Shown: piece by piece, positions 22,767 through 32,281 of the stretch
Position numbering within the stretch: the stretch's first letter is position 1
Layout of the letters: every line of letters begins with the position of its first letter
Origin: Christensenellaceae bacterium
GTDB taxonomy: Bacteria; Bacillota; Clostridia; Christensenellales; Borkfalkiaceae
Assembly (NCBI GenBank): GCA_045606665.1
Contig: JAZUSI010000064.1
Span: 7,627-71,626 of the forward strand
DNA length: 64,000 bases
Direction: 5' to 3'
Program-made: the position numbers and the translations under genes
Notes under the pieces: generated by a model
What the model saw: only the letters and a program-made list of their open reading frames with translations
What the model was told of the DNA's origin: nothing
Databases searched by the model: none

Positions 22767-22768
22767 AA

Positions 22769-25072
22769 TTATACCCTTTTATTTTCTTTTTTCTTATTGA
22801 TTAACTTAATCACACACGCCACGACAATAAACACGCCAACCCATATGAACGCCATCCACCACCAACTGCCAATCGTGTAAACGGCAGCAGCTACAATGTA
22901 AGAAGTTAACAACCAGAAGATAAGCGTATTTACAAAAGTTTTATTCCCAAGTTCGGCTTTAGCCGTTGCAACGGCTGCAAAACAAGGAATCGTGGTCATA
23001 TTAAATGCGATGAAAGAGATTAACGCTGGAACTGATATTCCGGTTGCCATAATCATTGCTTGAACGGCGTCAACACCTTCTTCTGCCATAATGTCAAGCC
23101 CACCGACTTCCAAATTAGCAATTGCTATTAAACAAGCACCGAGAGTTGAGAAGGTTGCTATAACGTTTTCTTTTGCGATCAAGCCCGTTATTGCCGCAAC
23201 TGCAAACACCCAACCGAATTGACCTAATTGAGAACCAAAGCCAAGTGGCGTGCATATAGGTTGAATCAATTGGCCAATGCCAGCGAGAATACTTTGGTTA
23301 ATTTGCTCGTCGTTAAGGAATTTCCAACTAAAACTAAAGTGTGTGAATACCCAAATAACGATTGTTGATGCAAGGATAATAGTGAACGCCTTTTTAATAA
23401 AGTGTTTTGCCTTATCCCAAAGTAACATCATCAAACTCTTAAAGCGTGGCATACGATAGGTTGGCAATTCCATAATAAACGGTGGAGTTTCGCCCTTAAG
23501 CGAAGTTGAACGCATTAAAAATACGCTAATAATCGCAGTTATAATGCCAAGCAAATACATTCCGTAAGTTATAAGGTCTGCGTTGCCCACGTTAAAGTAC
23601 GCAACTATACCACCTGCTATAGCCGTGAGAATTGGAAGTTTTGCACCACAAGAGAAGAAAGGAATAACCCTTACCGTTGCGATTTTTTCCTTTTCGTCTG
23701 CGAGCGTTCTCGTGTTTATCATTGCAGGAACAGAACAGCCAAAGCCCATAATCATAGGCATAAAAGCTCTGCCCGAAAGCCCGAATTTTCTAAACAATCT
23801 GTCAAGGATAAAGGCAACGCGCGCCATATATCCCGTATCTTCTAATATTGAGAAGAACAAGAACAACACCAAAATCCAAGGCAAGAACGATAACACACCA
23901 GCAATACCATCAATGATACCGTTGTTGATTAAACCAACAGCCCACTCACTCATGCCACTATTTTCAACAAGTCCTTGAACAAACCCAAACAATTCGCCGA
24001 CAATTACTTCGTTCCAAAGATTATTGACTATGCAACCTGGGGAGAAAACTGCCCCGTCGTAAAAACATGACAAAAGTTTTACGCCAAAGTTCATAAATTC
24101 GCCGTCTGCATTGATCAAGCCTAACTCTTCAAGCGTTGGCAAGCTAAATATCGAGCCAAAGAACAAGAAGTTTTCAGAGAACGTTAAGTGGAATATAGAG
24201 AACAAAATCAACAAGAAAATTGGAATACTCCATATTTTGTGTGTTAAAACCTTGTCTATCTTATCCGATTTGGTGGTTTTGAATTTGTCAATTACTTTGT
24301 GCTTAACGACAGGTGAAAAATGTTTGGTTATGTATTTATATCTTCCATCAGCAACGATTGCTTCAAAGTCGGTGCCAAAGAGTTCGTCACTGAAAGTTTC
24401 CTTAAATTCTTCAACCATCGCAACCGTTTCTTTGTGCATTGTAACTTCTAAGTTATCGTCTTCCACAAGTTTGATTGCGTGGAATAGTGGATTTTGAACG
24501 TTTTGCCCTTTTAACGCAATTCTAACGTCACTTATCAAATGCCCCAAAGCCGTTTCTTTCAAAACGGTTGTTGCACTTCTTTGTTCCTTGCACGCCTTAT
24601 AAGCCCTTTGCATAAGTTCGTCTTCGCCCGTTTCTTTGAGCGCTGATATCTTTATTACAGGAAAACCTATCCTTTTTTCAAGTTCCTTTTCATCAATGGT
24701 ATCCCCAGCCTTTTCAACTGCGTCCATCATATTTAAGGCAATAACCATAGGAACGTCTATTTCCATAATTTGAGTGGTCAAGTATAGGTTTCTTTCCAAA
24801 TTGGTTGCATCAACGATATTGATAACACAATCTGGCTTTTCTTCAATAATGTAATTTCTTGCAATAACTTCTTCAGGAGTATATGGAGAAAGTGAATATA
24901 TACCAGGAAGGTCTATAATTTGTATAGGCTCTGCTAATTTCTTATAAACACCTTCTTTTTTATCAACGGTAACGCCCGGCCAGTTTCCCACATGTGCCGT
25001 TGAGCCCGTCAATCCATTAAACAAGGTGGTCTTACCACTGTTTGGATTACCTGCCAACGCAAATTTAAGCAT
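22769..25072 (-). CDS. feoB: ferrous iron transporter FeoB
   Basis: 767 aa with an N-terminal G domain (GNPNSGKTTLFN) and a polytopic permease. Confidence 0.95.
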   Translation of the reverse strand: MLKFALAGNPNSGKTTLFNGLTGSTAHVGNWPGVTVDKKEGVYKKLAEPIQIIDLPGIYSLSPYTPEEVIARNYIIEEKPDCVINIVDATNLERNLYLTTQIMEIDVPMVIALNMMDAVEKAGDTIDEKELEKRIGFPVIKISALKETGEDELMQRAYKACKEQRSATTVLKETALGHLISDVRIALKGQNVQNPLFHAIKLVEDDNLEVTMHKETVAMVEEFKETFSDELFGTDFEAIVADGRYKYITKHFSPVVKHKVIDKFKTTKSDKIDKVLTHKIWSIPIFLLILFSIFHLTFSENFLFFGSIFSLPTLEELGLINADGEFMNFGVKLLSCFYDGAVFSPGCIVNNLWNEVIVGELFGFVQGLVENSGMSEWAVGLINNGIIDGIAGVLSFLPWILVLFLFFSILEDTGYMARVAFILDRLFRKFGLSGRAFMPMIMGFGCSVPAMINTRTLADEKEKIATVRVIPFFSCGAKLPILTAIAGGIVAYFNVGNADLITYGMYLLGIITAIISVFLMRSTSLKGETPPFIMELPTYRMPRFKSLMMLLWDKAKHFIKKAFTIILASTIVIWVFTHFSFSWKFLNDEQINQSILAGIGQLIQPICTPLGFGSQLGQFGWVFAVAAITGLIAKENVIATFSTLGACLIAIANLEVGGLDIMAEEGVDAVQAMIMATGISVPALISFIAFNMTTIPCFAAVATAKAELGNKTFVNTLIFWLLTSYIVAAAVYTIGSWWWMAFIWVGVFIVVACVIKLINKKKENKRV

Positions 25073-25301
25073 TTTTTACCTCCATCAACACGTAATTCGC
25101 CTCTGCTTTACGAAGGGTTAGTTCATAACCCCTTAACGTAATCTCTATAGGGTCGCCAAGCGGTGCTTTTTTTCTAAGCATTATCTCAACACCTGGGGTT
25201 ATCCCCATGTCAAAAAGTCTTCTCTTAATTTTGCGTTCGCCCGTCACGATTTTGACAACGCCCTTTTCGCCAATCGCAAAAGTGTCTAACTTTCTTTCCA
25301 T
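25065..25301 (-). CDS. feoA: FeoA family protein
   Basis: 78 aa. It overlaps the feoB start. Confidence 0.9.
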   Translation of the reverse strand: MERKLDTFAIGEKGVVKIVTGERKIKRRLFDMGITPGVEIMLRKKAPLGDPIEITLRGYELTLRKAEANYVLMEVKNA

Positions 25302-25343
25302 TTTTTCTCCTTTATATAGATATTTTTCTTACTTGTTAAAATG

Positions 25344-25357
25344 TGAACTTGATTTCA
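25344..25357. promoter_or_regulatory. candidate operator, copy 1 (TGAAATCAAGTTCA on the minus strand)
   Basis: An imperfect palindrome lies just downstream of the feoA -10 element. A near-identical copy lies at 25403-25416. Confidence 0.35.
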
Positions 25358-25365
25358 CTTTCATA

Positions 25366-25394
25366 ATTTTAGCAAAAAAAATTTTGTTTGTCAA
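25366..25394 (-). promoter_or_regulatory. sigma-A promoter of feoAB
   Basis: On the minus strand: TTGACA, a 17-nt spacer, then TAAAAT. Confidence 0.6.
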
Positions 25395-25402
25395 CTAAAA
25401 AA

Positions 25403-25416
25403 TGAATGTGATTTCA
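25403..25416. promoter_or_regulatory. candidate operator, copy 2 (TGAAATCACATTCA on the minus strand)
   Basis: The same 14-nt motif lies just upstream of the feoA -35 element. Confidence 0.35.
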
Positions 25417-25491
25417 GGTTTATTTAAAATTTATTGATTTTTTTTTGGAAATATGATACAATATATAAAAATAAAAATTGGTATATTGATA

Positions 25492-26094
25492 ATGGAAAGA
25501 AAAGTTAGAGAGCCGAAACAATCGCGTTCGGTTGAAAAGAAAAATAGAATAGTTCAAGCGGGATATGAACTTTTTGCAGAAAAGGGATATATCAACACCA
25601 ACACTGCCGAGATTGCAAAAAAGGCTGGAGTTTCGGTTGGGCTTGTCTATGGATATTTTACTGACAAAAAAGATATATTATTGGAAGTTTTAGATATATA
25701 TATAAATAATGTTTTTGCGCCTGTATTGGACACGTTTGAAGGGCTATCTGCCCCACTCGATATTGAAAAAATTATAAATTTAATCGTGGACAAAACGGTG
25801 GAGTTGCACAAAAACAACGCGCTTATCCATGAAACCTTGCACTCTATGACCTATATTGATGAAGGCATAAAAAATAAATTCCTTTTGCTTGAAGATAATA
25901 TGACCGAGAAAATTGTTTTATCTCTTAAAAAGGCGGGATATAACCCAGCCGACCTAAAGGAAAAGGTGCATTTAGCGATTGAAACTATTCAGTCATACGC
26001 CCACGAATGTATATACGATAAGCATAACTATCTTAATTATTCAGCAATGCGAGAGAACGTTATCAATATGATGCTTGCATTGTTTAAAATATAG
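25492..26094 (+). CDS. TetR/AcrR-family transcriptional regulator
   Basis: I trimmed the start to MERKVREPKQ. The N-terminal HTH reads GYINTNTAEIAKKAGVSVGLVYGYF. Confidence 0.85.
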   Translation: MERKVREPKQSRSVEKKNRIVQAGYELFAEKGYINTNTAEIAKKAGVSVGLVYGYFTDKKDILLEVLDIYINNVFAPVLDTFEGLSAPLDIEKIINLIVDKTVELHKNNALIHETLHSMTYIDEGIKNKFLLLEDNMTEKIVLSLKKAGYNPADLKEKVHLAIETIQSYAHECIYDKHNYLNYSAMRENVINMMLALFKI

Positions 26095-26127
26095 AATATA
26101 AAATTAGCGACAAATTAAATATATTGT

Positions 26128-26156
26128 AAACGAGCTCGGCTTTTTGCCGAGCTCGT
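26128..26156. terminator. bidirectional terminator
   Basis: The stem is AACGAGCTCGGC/GCCGAGCTCGTT. Confidence 0.75.
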
Positions 26157-26194
26157 TATCGATTTTAATAATATTTTCATTATTTATTAGCCGT

Positions 26195-26914
26195 TTAATT
26201 TTCTTTCCTTAATTTATTTAAACAACAAATAAATTCTTGTTCGGTTAGAATCGTTGCTCTTTTTCTTTGCTTGCCTTCCGTATAAACGAGTTTATAATCC
26301 TTTGTACAGCTTAGTCCAAGTTTTAAATCTTCACTTTGTTCATAAAGCGTTTTATAGGCTTTTAATATTAAGTTGTCAAAGTCTTTACTTTTTCTTTTAA
26401 TTTTTTGACCTTTCCAATATAGATTACCGGTCAATTTCCAAAGAATCTTTTTGTTTCCCTTTTCCCTAGATTCTTGACCATTAAGTAAAGCTATCTTTTC
26501 TTGTTCATCCTTATTTCTAAACTTTAATGACTGTAAAAAACTTTCCATACTAGAACACTTTACAGCATCAAAAACAAATTCATTATCTCTCAAATTAGAC
26601 AATAAATTAGATGGATTCCATAAATTTATGTTAATATCTAACACTTTATCCATCAAAGTAAGGCAAAACCCATCATCAACGTTATTTAAGCCAAAAGATG
26701 CATACCAGCCAGTTTGCCTTTCCATTTCGCACATAATTTCATCAAACGCTTGGGTATCAAAACAATATTTTTTTGTAAGTTTTATTTTAAACTCAACCAC
26801 TTTAGAAGATTTTACTTTTACATTTTCAATATAACCAACCATAAACAATTCTTTCATGGCTATATCTATTTGATTTTTTAAAAATCTCAATTTTTTCCCA
26901 CTGATTTTTTTCAT
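26195..26914 (-). CDS. hypothetical protein (239 aa)
   Basis: This is the last gene of a three-gene AT-rich operon. I could assign no confident domain. The C-terminal half vaguely recalls NADAR/YbiA-type patterns (SMESFLQSLKF). Confidence 0.6.
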   Translation of the reverse strand: MKKISGKKLRFLKNQIDIAMKELFMVGYIENVKVKSSKVVEFKIKLTKKYCFDTQAFDEIMCEMERQTGWYASFGLNNVDDGFCLTLMDKVLDININLWNPSNLLSNLRDNEFVFDAVKCSSMESFLQSLKFRNKDEQEKIALLNGQESREKGNKKILWKLTGNLYWKGQKIKRKSKDFDNLILKAYKTLYEQSEDLKLGLSCTKDYKLVYTEGKQRKRATILTEQEFICCLNKLRKEN

Positions 26915-26918
26915 ACTA

Positions 26919-27551
26919 TTAAATAATATATTTTTTTAATTCTTCTATCCACAATTTTGAAATTAAAGAATGTCCCTCTTTGTTAGGGTGAGTATAATCA
27001 TTGGCAGAATAAACTTTTTTATATTTTAACAAGTCTATAACCTGCACTTGATTATCTTTACATGCTTTCTGTATTGCGTTGCTGTGTGATTTTAATAAGA
27101 AATAAATATTTTCATTCATTTCCCCTTCTTGTATAGCACCCATAGTTAAAGTGGCACAAAACACTTTGGCTTTTTTATACCTTTCTTTAATACGCTTTAA
27201 CATCTTGTCATAGTCGTTAAAAAAAGTGGCAATAGAAATTTTTGCAAGACAATCGTTTGTCCCAGCGTAAACCAAAATCACGTCAGGCTCGATATCGCTT
27301 GTGTGAAGTGCTTGACAGCGTTCTTTTGCAGAAATTGAAAATTCGCTAAATTCATAAACAGTCGAGCCTGAAAAAGAGTTATTAACACACAACTCTCCTT
27401 TAAGTCCGTTAATTACTTTCATCCACCACGTATCGTTGACGTCTGTTAAATGGTATTCAGCAATTCTTTCTGCATTATAAAAAACGTTGTAGCCTACTGG
27501 ATTGTACCCCTCGTAAGTGCTAATAGAATCCCCTAAAATACTAACTCTCAT
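26919..27551 (-). CDS. SGNH/GDSL hydrolase family protein
   Basis: The N-terminal block I motif is ILGDSIS. GTND and DYTHPN blocks are also present. Confidence 0.8.
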   Translation of the reverse strand: MRVSILGDSISTYEGYNPVGYNVFYNAERIAEYHLTDVNDTWWMKVINGLKGELCVNNSFSGSTVYEFSEFSISAKERCQALHTSDIEPDVILVYAGTNDCLAKISIATFFNDYDKMLKRIKERYKKAKVFCATLTMGAIQEGEMNENIYFLLKSHSNAIQKACKDNQVQVIDLLKYKKVYSANDYTHPNKEGHSLISKLWIEELKKYII

Positions 27552-27558
27552 GCTTCCC

Positions 27559-28359
27559 CTATTCTTTATTGCAAACCACCTTAATGATACGCATTCCTTT
27601 AATACCTAACGACAACGATTCTTCTAAAGTAGATATCACTCCATTTTCTTCTAAATGGTCAATTATACTTGCTGCACGGGAATATCCCATGTTTAACTTG
27701 CGTTGTATCCAACTAATACTGATAGTTTTACATTCGTTTTCAATAGCCACTTTTAAGGCTTCATATGCGCTTTCATGCAATATGGAAAAATCAAAATCTT
27801 TTATTGCATTGGTTTTTAACCAATCATTAATAGTTTTATCTGTTTTATTGATTCTTGCAATTCGTTCTTCTTTCAATTTTAACTCATATTGCTTGCGTTC
27901 ACTTTCTTGCTCTTCCATTTCAACCTTATACGCCTCTATGTCCTTTAAAGAAAAATGATTTTCTCTTTCAAAACAGTGTCCTAAACTTAAAACTTTAATC
28001 AAATTGTGCATAGACTCAAGCACGTATCCATGTTTATCTGGATCTTTTTTACGCATGTGCTCATGATTCTTTATTGCACACGTTAAGTCAGATAAAGAAA
28101 CTGCAATTCTTGTAACAGCTATAGGCATAGTGTTTTCTGGAGCGTCAACACATGCATACACTAATTCGATTGTGTTTTGCAAGACCCCCATAAACTTATC
28201 AAACTTATCAAAAACTTCATTGCCTCCGTTTAGGGTTTTCTTTTCAAAGTCTTTAATCAAATCAAGTGTTTTAGAAGTTATATGTTTTAATAATTTATCA
28301 TCAACTGCGTCTATAACTTCTTGGTCTATTTCCCCTAACTCAAATATAAATTCTTCCAT
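27559..28359 (-). CDS. protein with a C-terminal FtsK-gamma-like winged-helix domain
   Basis: The C-terminus (ISISWIQRKLNMGYSRAASIIDHLEENGVIS) matches the FtsK gamma (KOPS-reading) motif pattern. I could not recognise the roughly 200-aa N-terminal region. Confidence 0.6.
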   Translation of the reverse strand: MEEFIFELGEIDQEVIDAVDDKLLKHITSKTLDLIKDFEKKTLNGGNEVFDKFDKFMGVLQNTIELVYACVDAPENTMPIAVTRIAVSLSDLTCAIKNHEHMRKKDPDKHGYVLESMHNLIKVLSLGHCFERENHFSLKDIEAYKVEMEEQESERKQYELKLKEERIARINKTDKTINDWLKTNAIKDFDFSILHESAYEALKVAIENECKTISISWIQRKLNMGYSRAASIIDHLEENGVISTLEESLSLGIKGMRIIKVVCNKE

Positions 28360-28416
28360 AACTTCACCTCGTATTTTTAGTAAATTATAACAAATTCAAA
28401 CAACAATATCGTTCAT

Positions 28417-28445
28417 ATTATATCAAACATTTGGTATTATTGCAA
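28417..28445 (-). promoter_or_regulatory. sigma-A promoter of the FtsK-gamma/SGNH operon
   Basis: On the minus strand: TTGCAA, a 17-nt spacer, then TATAAT. Confidence 0.55.
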
Positions 28446-28548
28446 TAGCTATTTTTAAACATCTTCTTTTTATATTCCTACTTTTAATTTCAAAATTTCT
28501 ACTTAATTGCTAATACGTTATATTATTCTGATTAAACACTAATCAAAC

Positions 28549-28583
28549 AAAAAAGAACCTATTTTGCAATAGGTTCTTTTTTT
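28549..28583. terminator. terminator downstream of ppdK
   Basis: The stem AAGAACCTAT/ATAGGTTCTT has A and T runs on both sides. Confidence 0.8.
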
Positions 28584-28603
28584 AAGTTTAGCTTAATTAA
28601 AAA

Positions 28604-31231
28604 CTATTTTGCGTTTTTAAGATTTGCTTGTGCAGCAGCAAGTCTTGCAATAGGAACTCTGAATGGTGAGCATGATACGTATGAAAGACCAATTTGATGG
28701 CAGAATTCAATAGTATATGGATCGCCACCATGTTCACCACAGATACCACAGTGCATATCTGGACGAACTTTTCTACCAAGTGAAACAGCCATATCCATCA
28801 ACTTACCAACACCGTTTCTGTCGATTTTAGCAAATGGATCGTTTTCGAAAATCTTAGCATCATAGTAAGCATTTAAGAACTTACCAGCATCGTCACGAGA
28901 GAAGCCGTATGTCATTTGTGTTAAGTCGTTTGTACCGAAGCAGAAGAATTCAGCTTCTTTAGCGATTTCATCAGCAGTGATACATGCTCTTGGAATTTCA
29001 ATCATAGTACCAACTTCGTAAGCGATCTTAACGTTTGCCTTTGCAACTTCTTCTTCAGCAACCTTAACTACAACGTCCTTAACGTTCTTAAGTTCCTTAA
29101 CTTCACCAACAAGTGGGATCATGATTTCTGGAACAACTTTCCAATCTGGGTGTTTTGTTTGAACGTTGATTGCAGCACGGATAATTGCCCTCGTTTGCAT
29201 TACAGCGATTTCTGGATAAGTAACAGCTAATCTACAACCACGGTGACCCATCATTGGGTTAAATTCGTGGAGTGAAGCACAAATTTGTCTAATTTGAGCA
29301 GAAGTCTTGCCTTTCTTTGCAGCGAGTGCATCGATATCTGCGCCAAGTGTTGGGATAAATTCGTGTAGAGGTGGATCTAAGAAACGAATTGTAACAGGGT
29401 TGCCTTCGAGTGCTTCGTAAAGTTGTTCGAAGTCGCTTTGTTGCATTGGAAGAATCTTATCTAAAGCTTCTTCTCTTTCTTCCTTAGTTTCAGAACAAAT
29501 CATTTCACGGAAGATTTCAATTCTGCCTGGACCGAAGAACATGTGTTCTGTTCTGCAGAGTCCAATACCTTCAGCACCGAGTTCACGAGCTTTAGCAGCA
29601 TCCTTAGGAGTGTCGGCATTTGTACGAACACCTAAAGTTCTATATTTGTCTGCCCACGCCATAATTCTACCGAAATCGCCAGAAATAGTTGCGTCAACAG
29701 TTGGGATTTTACCATCGTAAATATTACCTGTTGAACCGTCGATAGAAATGATATCGCCTTCTTTATAAGTTTTACCAGCGAGAACGAAAGTCTTAGCATC
29801 TTCGTTAAAGTCTGTGATGTCTGAGCAACCAGAAACACAGCAAGTACCCATACCACGAGCAACAACGGCTGCGTGAGAGGTCATACCACCACGAGCAGTT
29901 AAGATACCTTGAGAAGCTTTCATACCTTCGATATCTTCTGGAGAAGTTTCAAGTCTTACGAGGATAACCTTTTCGCCTCTTGCTTTCCATTCTTTAGCGT
30001 CTTCTGCGCTGAACACGATTTTACCACATGCAGCACCTGGAGAAGCGCCTAAAGCTCTAGCAGCAGGTTTAGCGTCTTTCAATGCCTTAGCATCGAATTG
30101 TGGGTGTAAAAGTGTGTCGAGGTTTCTTGGGTCAATCATTAAAACTGCTTGCTTTTCATCAATCATGCCTTCGTCAACGAGATCGCATGCGATTTTAAGA
30201 GCAGCGGCAGCAGTACGCTTACCGTTTCTTGTTTGAAGCATATAGAGTTTGCCGTGTTCAACGGTAAATTCCATATCTTGCATATCTCTATAGTGGTCTT
30301 CAAGAATTTGACAAACTTTCTTGAATTGTTCAAAAGCTTCTGGGAATTTTTCAGCCATTTGAGCAATAGGCATTGGTGTACGAACACCAGCAACAACGTC
30401 TTCGCCTTGTGCATTTGTTAAGAATTCACCCATAAGTTTCTTTTCACCTGTAGCAGGGTCACGAGTGAACGCAACACCAGTACCACAGTCATCACCCATG
30501 TTACCGAAAGCCATTGCTTGAACGTTAACAGCAGTACCCCAGCTATATGGGATATCGTTATCACGACGGTAAACGTTTGCTCTTGGGTTGTCCCATGAAC
30601 GGAAAACGGCTTTGATTGCGCCGATAAGTTGTTCTTTTGGATCTTGTGGGAAATCTTTACCAATCTTGTTCTTATATTCAGCTTTAAATTGTTCAGCGAG
30701 TGCCTTTAAGTCGTCAGCTGTAAGTTCTGTATCGAGCTTAACACCCTTTTCTTCTTTCATTTTGTCGATAAGTTGTTCAAAATACTTCTTACCAACTTCC
30801 ATAACTACGTCTGAATACATTTGAATAAATCTTCTGTAGCAGTCGTAAGCCCATCTAGCGTTACCACTCTTTTCAGCCATAACTTCAACAACTTGTTCGT
30901 TTAAGCCAAGGTTAAGAATGGTGTCCATCATACCAGGCATTGATGCTCTTGCACCAGAACGAACTGATACTAAAAGTGGGTTTTCCAAATCGCCGAACTT
31001 CTTGCCGGTGATTTCTTCCATCTTTTCAACGTTAACCATAATTTCAGCCATTATGTCGTCGTTGATTTGTCTTCCATCTTCATAGTATTTAGTACATGCT
31101 TCAGTAGAAATTGTGAAACCTTGTGGAACAGGTAAACCAATCTTAGTCATTTCAGCAAGGTTAGCACCCTTACCACCGAGAAGTTCTCTCATTTTACCAT
31201 TGCCTTCACTAAATAAGTAAACATACTTCAT
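28604..31231 (-). CDS. ppdK: pyruvate, phosphate dikinase
   Basis: 875 aa with the phosphohistidine motif GGMTSHAAVVARG and a PEP-utilizing C-terminal domain. Confidence 0.97.
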   Translation of the reverse strand: MKYVYLFSEGNGKMRELLGGKGANLAEMTKIGLPVPQGFTISTEACTKYYEDGRQINDDIMAEIMVNVEKMEEITGKKFGDLENPLLVSVRSGARASMPGMMDTILNLGLNEQVVEVMAEKSGNARWAYDCYRRFIQMYSDVVMEVGKKYFEQLIDKMKEEKGVKLDTELTADDLKALAEQFKAEYKNKIGKDFPQDPKEQLIGAIKAVFRSWDNPRANVYRRDNDIPYSWGTAVNVQAMAFGNMGDDCGTGVAFTRDPATGEKKLMGEFLTNAQGEDVVAGVRTPMPIAQMAEKFPEAFEQFKKVCQILEDHYRDMQDMEFTVEHGKLYMLQTRNGKRTAAAALKIACDLVDEGMIDEKQAVLMIDPRNLDTLLHPQFDAKALKDAKPAARALGASPGAACGKIVFSAEDAKEWKARGEKVILVRLETSPEDIEGMKASQGILTARGGMTSHAAVVARGMGTCCVSGCSDITDFNEDAKTFVLAGKTYKEGDIISIDGSTGNIYDGKIPTVDATISGDFGRIMAWADKYRTLGVRTNADTPKDAAKARELGAEGIGLCRTEHMFFGPGRIEIFREMICSETKEEREEALDKILPMQQSDFEQLYEALEGNPVTIRFLDPPLHEFIPTLGADIDALAAKKGKTSAQIRQICASLHEFNPMMGHRGCRLAVTYPEIAVMQTRAIIRAAINVQTKHPDWKVVPEIMIPLVGEVKELKNVKDVVVKVAEEEVAKANVKIAYEVGTMIEIPRACITADEIAKEAEFFCFGTNDLTQMTYGFSRDDAGKFLNAYYDAKIFENDPFAKIDRNGVGKLMDMAVSLGRKVRPDMHCGICGEHGGDPYTIEFCHQIGLSYVSCSPFRVPIARLAAAQANLKNAK

Positions 31232-31388
31232 CTATAATGTCCTCCAATAATTTTTCTAAAATAATAAAATTAATTGCTTAATTTTTAACTCACTTATTTT
31301 ACTATAATTTTGTATTTTAATCAACTGTTCTAGCACATTTTTTTGTTTTGTTTAAAAAAAATAAATTTTTTTAAGTAAATTTTAACTT

Positions 31389-32102
31389 TTAAAAGATTTT
31401 TATTAACTCTTTTAAAGAATTTAAATTTTCTTCTACTCTATTGGTAATATAGTAGTCAAGTAGTCTTAATGCTTTTTTTGAACCCTCATCACTATCCTTG
31501 AGAGTTCCTTCGGTTGCACTTTGCATTGCGTGATAGGTTGTAATGCTAACTTCCCTACCCTCGCCATTGAAACAATCTGCACATAAAAACGCACCGTTTC
31601 TATAATCGAAGAAAATTCTTCCATCTATTTGTTTTTCACAACAAAAACATCGGTCGAGCGTGATTTTATAGCCAAAGTTTTCAAGAGCCAATATTAAAAA
31701 CTTAACCAAAGCAGTTAGATAATTTTCAGTATAAGCAATCTCTTTTAGAGCGTTAATACAAATAACAAACTCTTGTTCGTCGATAAGTTCTTCCTTGTAG
31801 AAACGCTTAATAAACTCAACCACAGCCCCTGCGCAAAAATATTTATGAATGTTTTCACGTATAGGATAAAAACTATCGATAAGGCTTGCCCCAATAACCG
31901 TTCTTTTATCAGCGTTTTTAGAAAAAATATACTCGGCAAAACAAAAAGGCTCGGCGGCAAATTTTAATTTTGCCCCTGCCTTTTTAACGCCTTTTATTCT
32001 AGCACAAATAACACCTTTTCCCAAGGTGAAAATATTAAGTATTTTGTCATTTTCCGAAAAGTTTACAGCACCCAGCACTATACCACTTTCTTTTTCTTCC
32101 AT
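31389..32102 (-). CDS. recO: DNA repair protein RecO
   Basis: 237 aa with a C-terminal Cys-x2-Cys pair zinc motif. It follows era-yqzL, matching Bacillus synteny. Confidence 0.85.
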   Translation of the reverse strand: MEEKESGIVLGAVNFSENDKILNIFTLGKGVICARIKGVKKAGAKLKFAAEPFCFAEYIFSKNADKRTVIGASLIDSFYPIRENIHKYFCAGAVVEFIKRFYKEELIDEQEFVICINALKEIAYTENYLTALVKFLILALENFGYKITLDRCFCCEKQIDGRIFFDYRNGAFLCADCFNGEGREVSITTYHAMQSATEGTLKDSDEGSKKALRLLDYYITNRVEENLNSLKELIKIF

Positions 32103-32105
32103 ATG

Positions 32106-32225
32106 CTATTTTTTACCTAATTCTTTATAAAAAAGATAGTGTGACACCACGCCCGTCGTTCTAAACAGATTCCACGCAACGTCTTGAAACATATCTTTTT
32201 TTTCTTTACTTTTTTTCTTTTCCAT
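32106..32225 (-). CDS. yqzL: YqzL-like small protein (39 aa)
   Basis: My own translation: MEKKKSKEKKDMFQDVAWNLFRTTGVVSHYLFYKELGKK. It lies between era and recO, as yqzL does in Bacillus. It is below the ORF-track cutoff. Confidence 0.65.
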   Translation of the reverse strand: MEKKKSKEKKDMFQDVAWNLFRTTGVVSHYLFYKELGKK

Positions 32226-32281
32226 ATTTCCCCCTTTAATCTATTATGTGGAGAAATATTTAACTTATTCTTTTGTTATTA

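Noticed and set aside
22531-22800. 89-aa plus-strand ORF in the feoB downstream region.
   Set aside because: It has no RBS and runs through the terminator hairpin. It lies antisense to a well-supported FeoB-associated Cys-rich peptide gene and the feoB 3' end.
25302-25452. Classical Fur box (TGATAATNATTATCA) upstream of feoA.
   Set aside because: I found no convincing 7-1-7 match by eye. Only the different 14-nt palindrome pair is reported as a finding.
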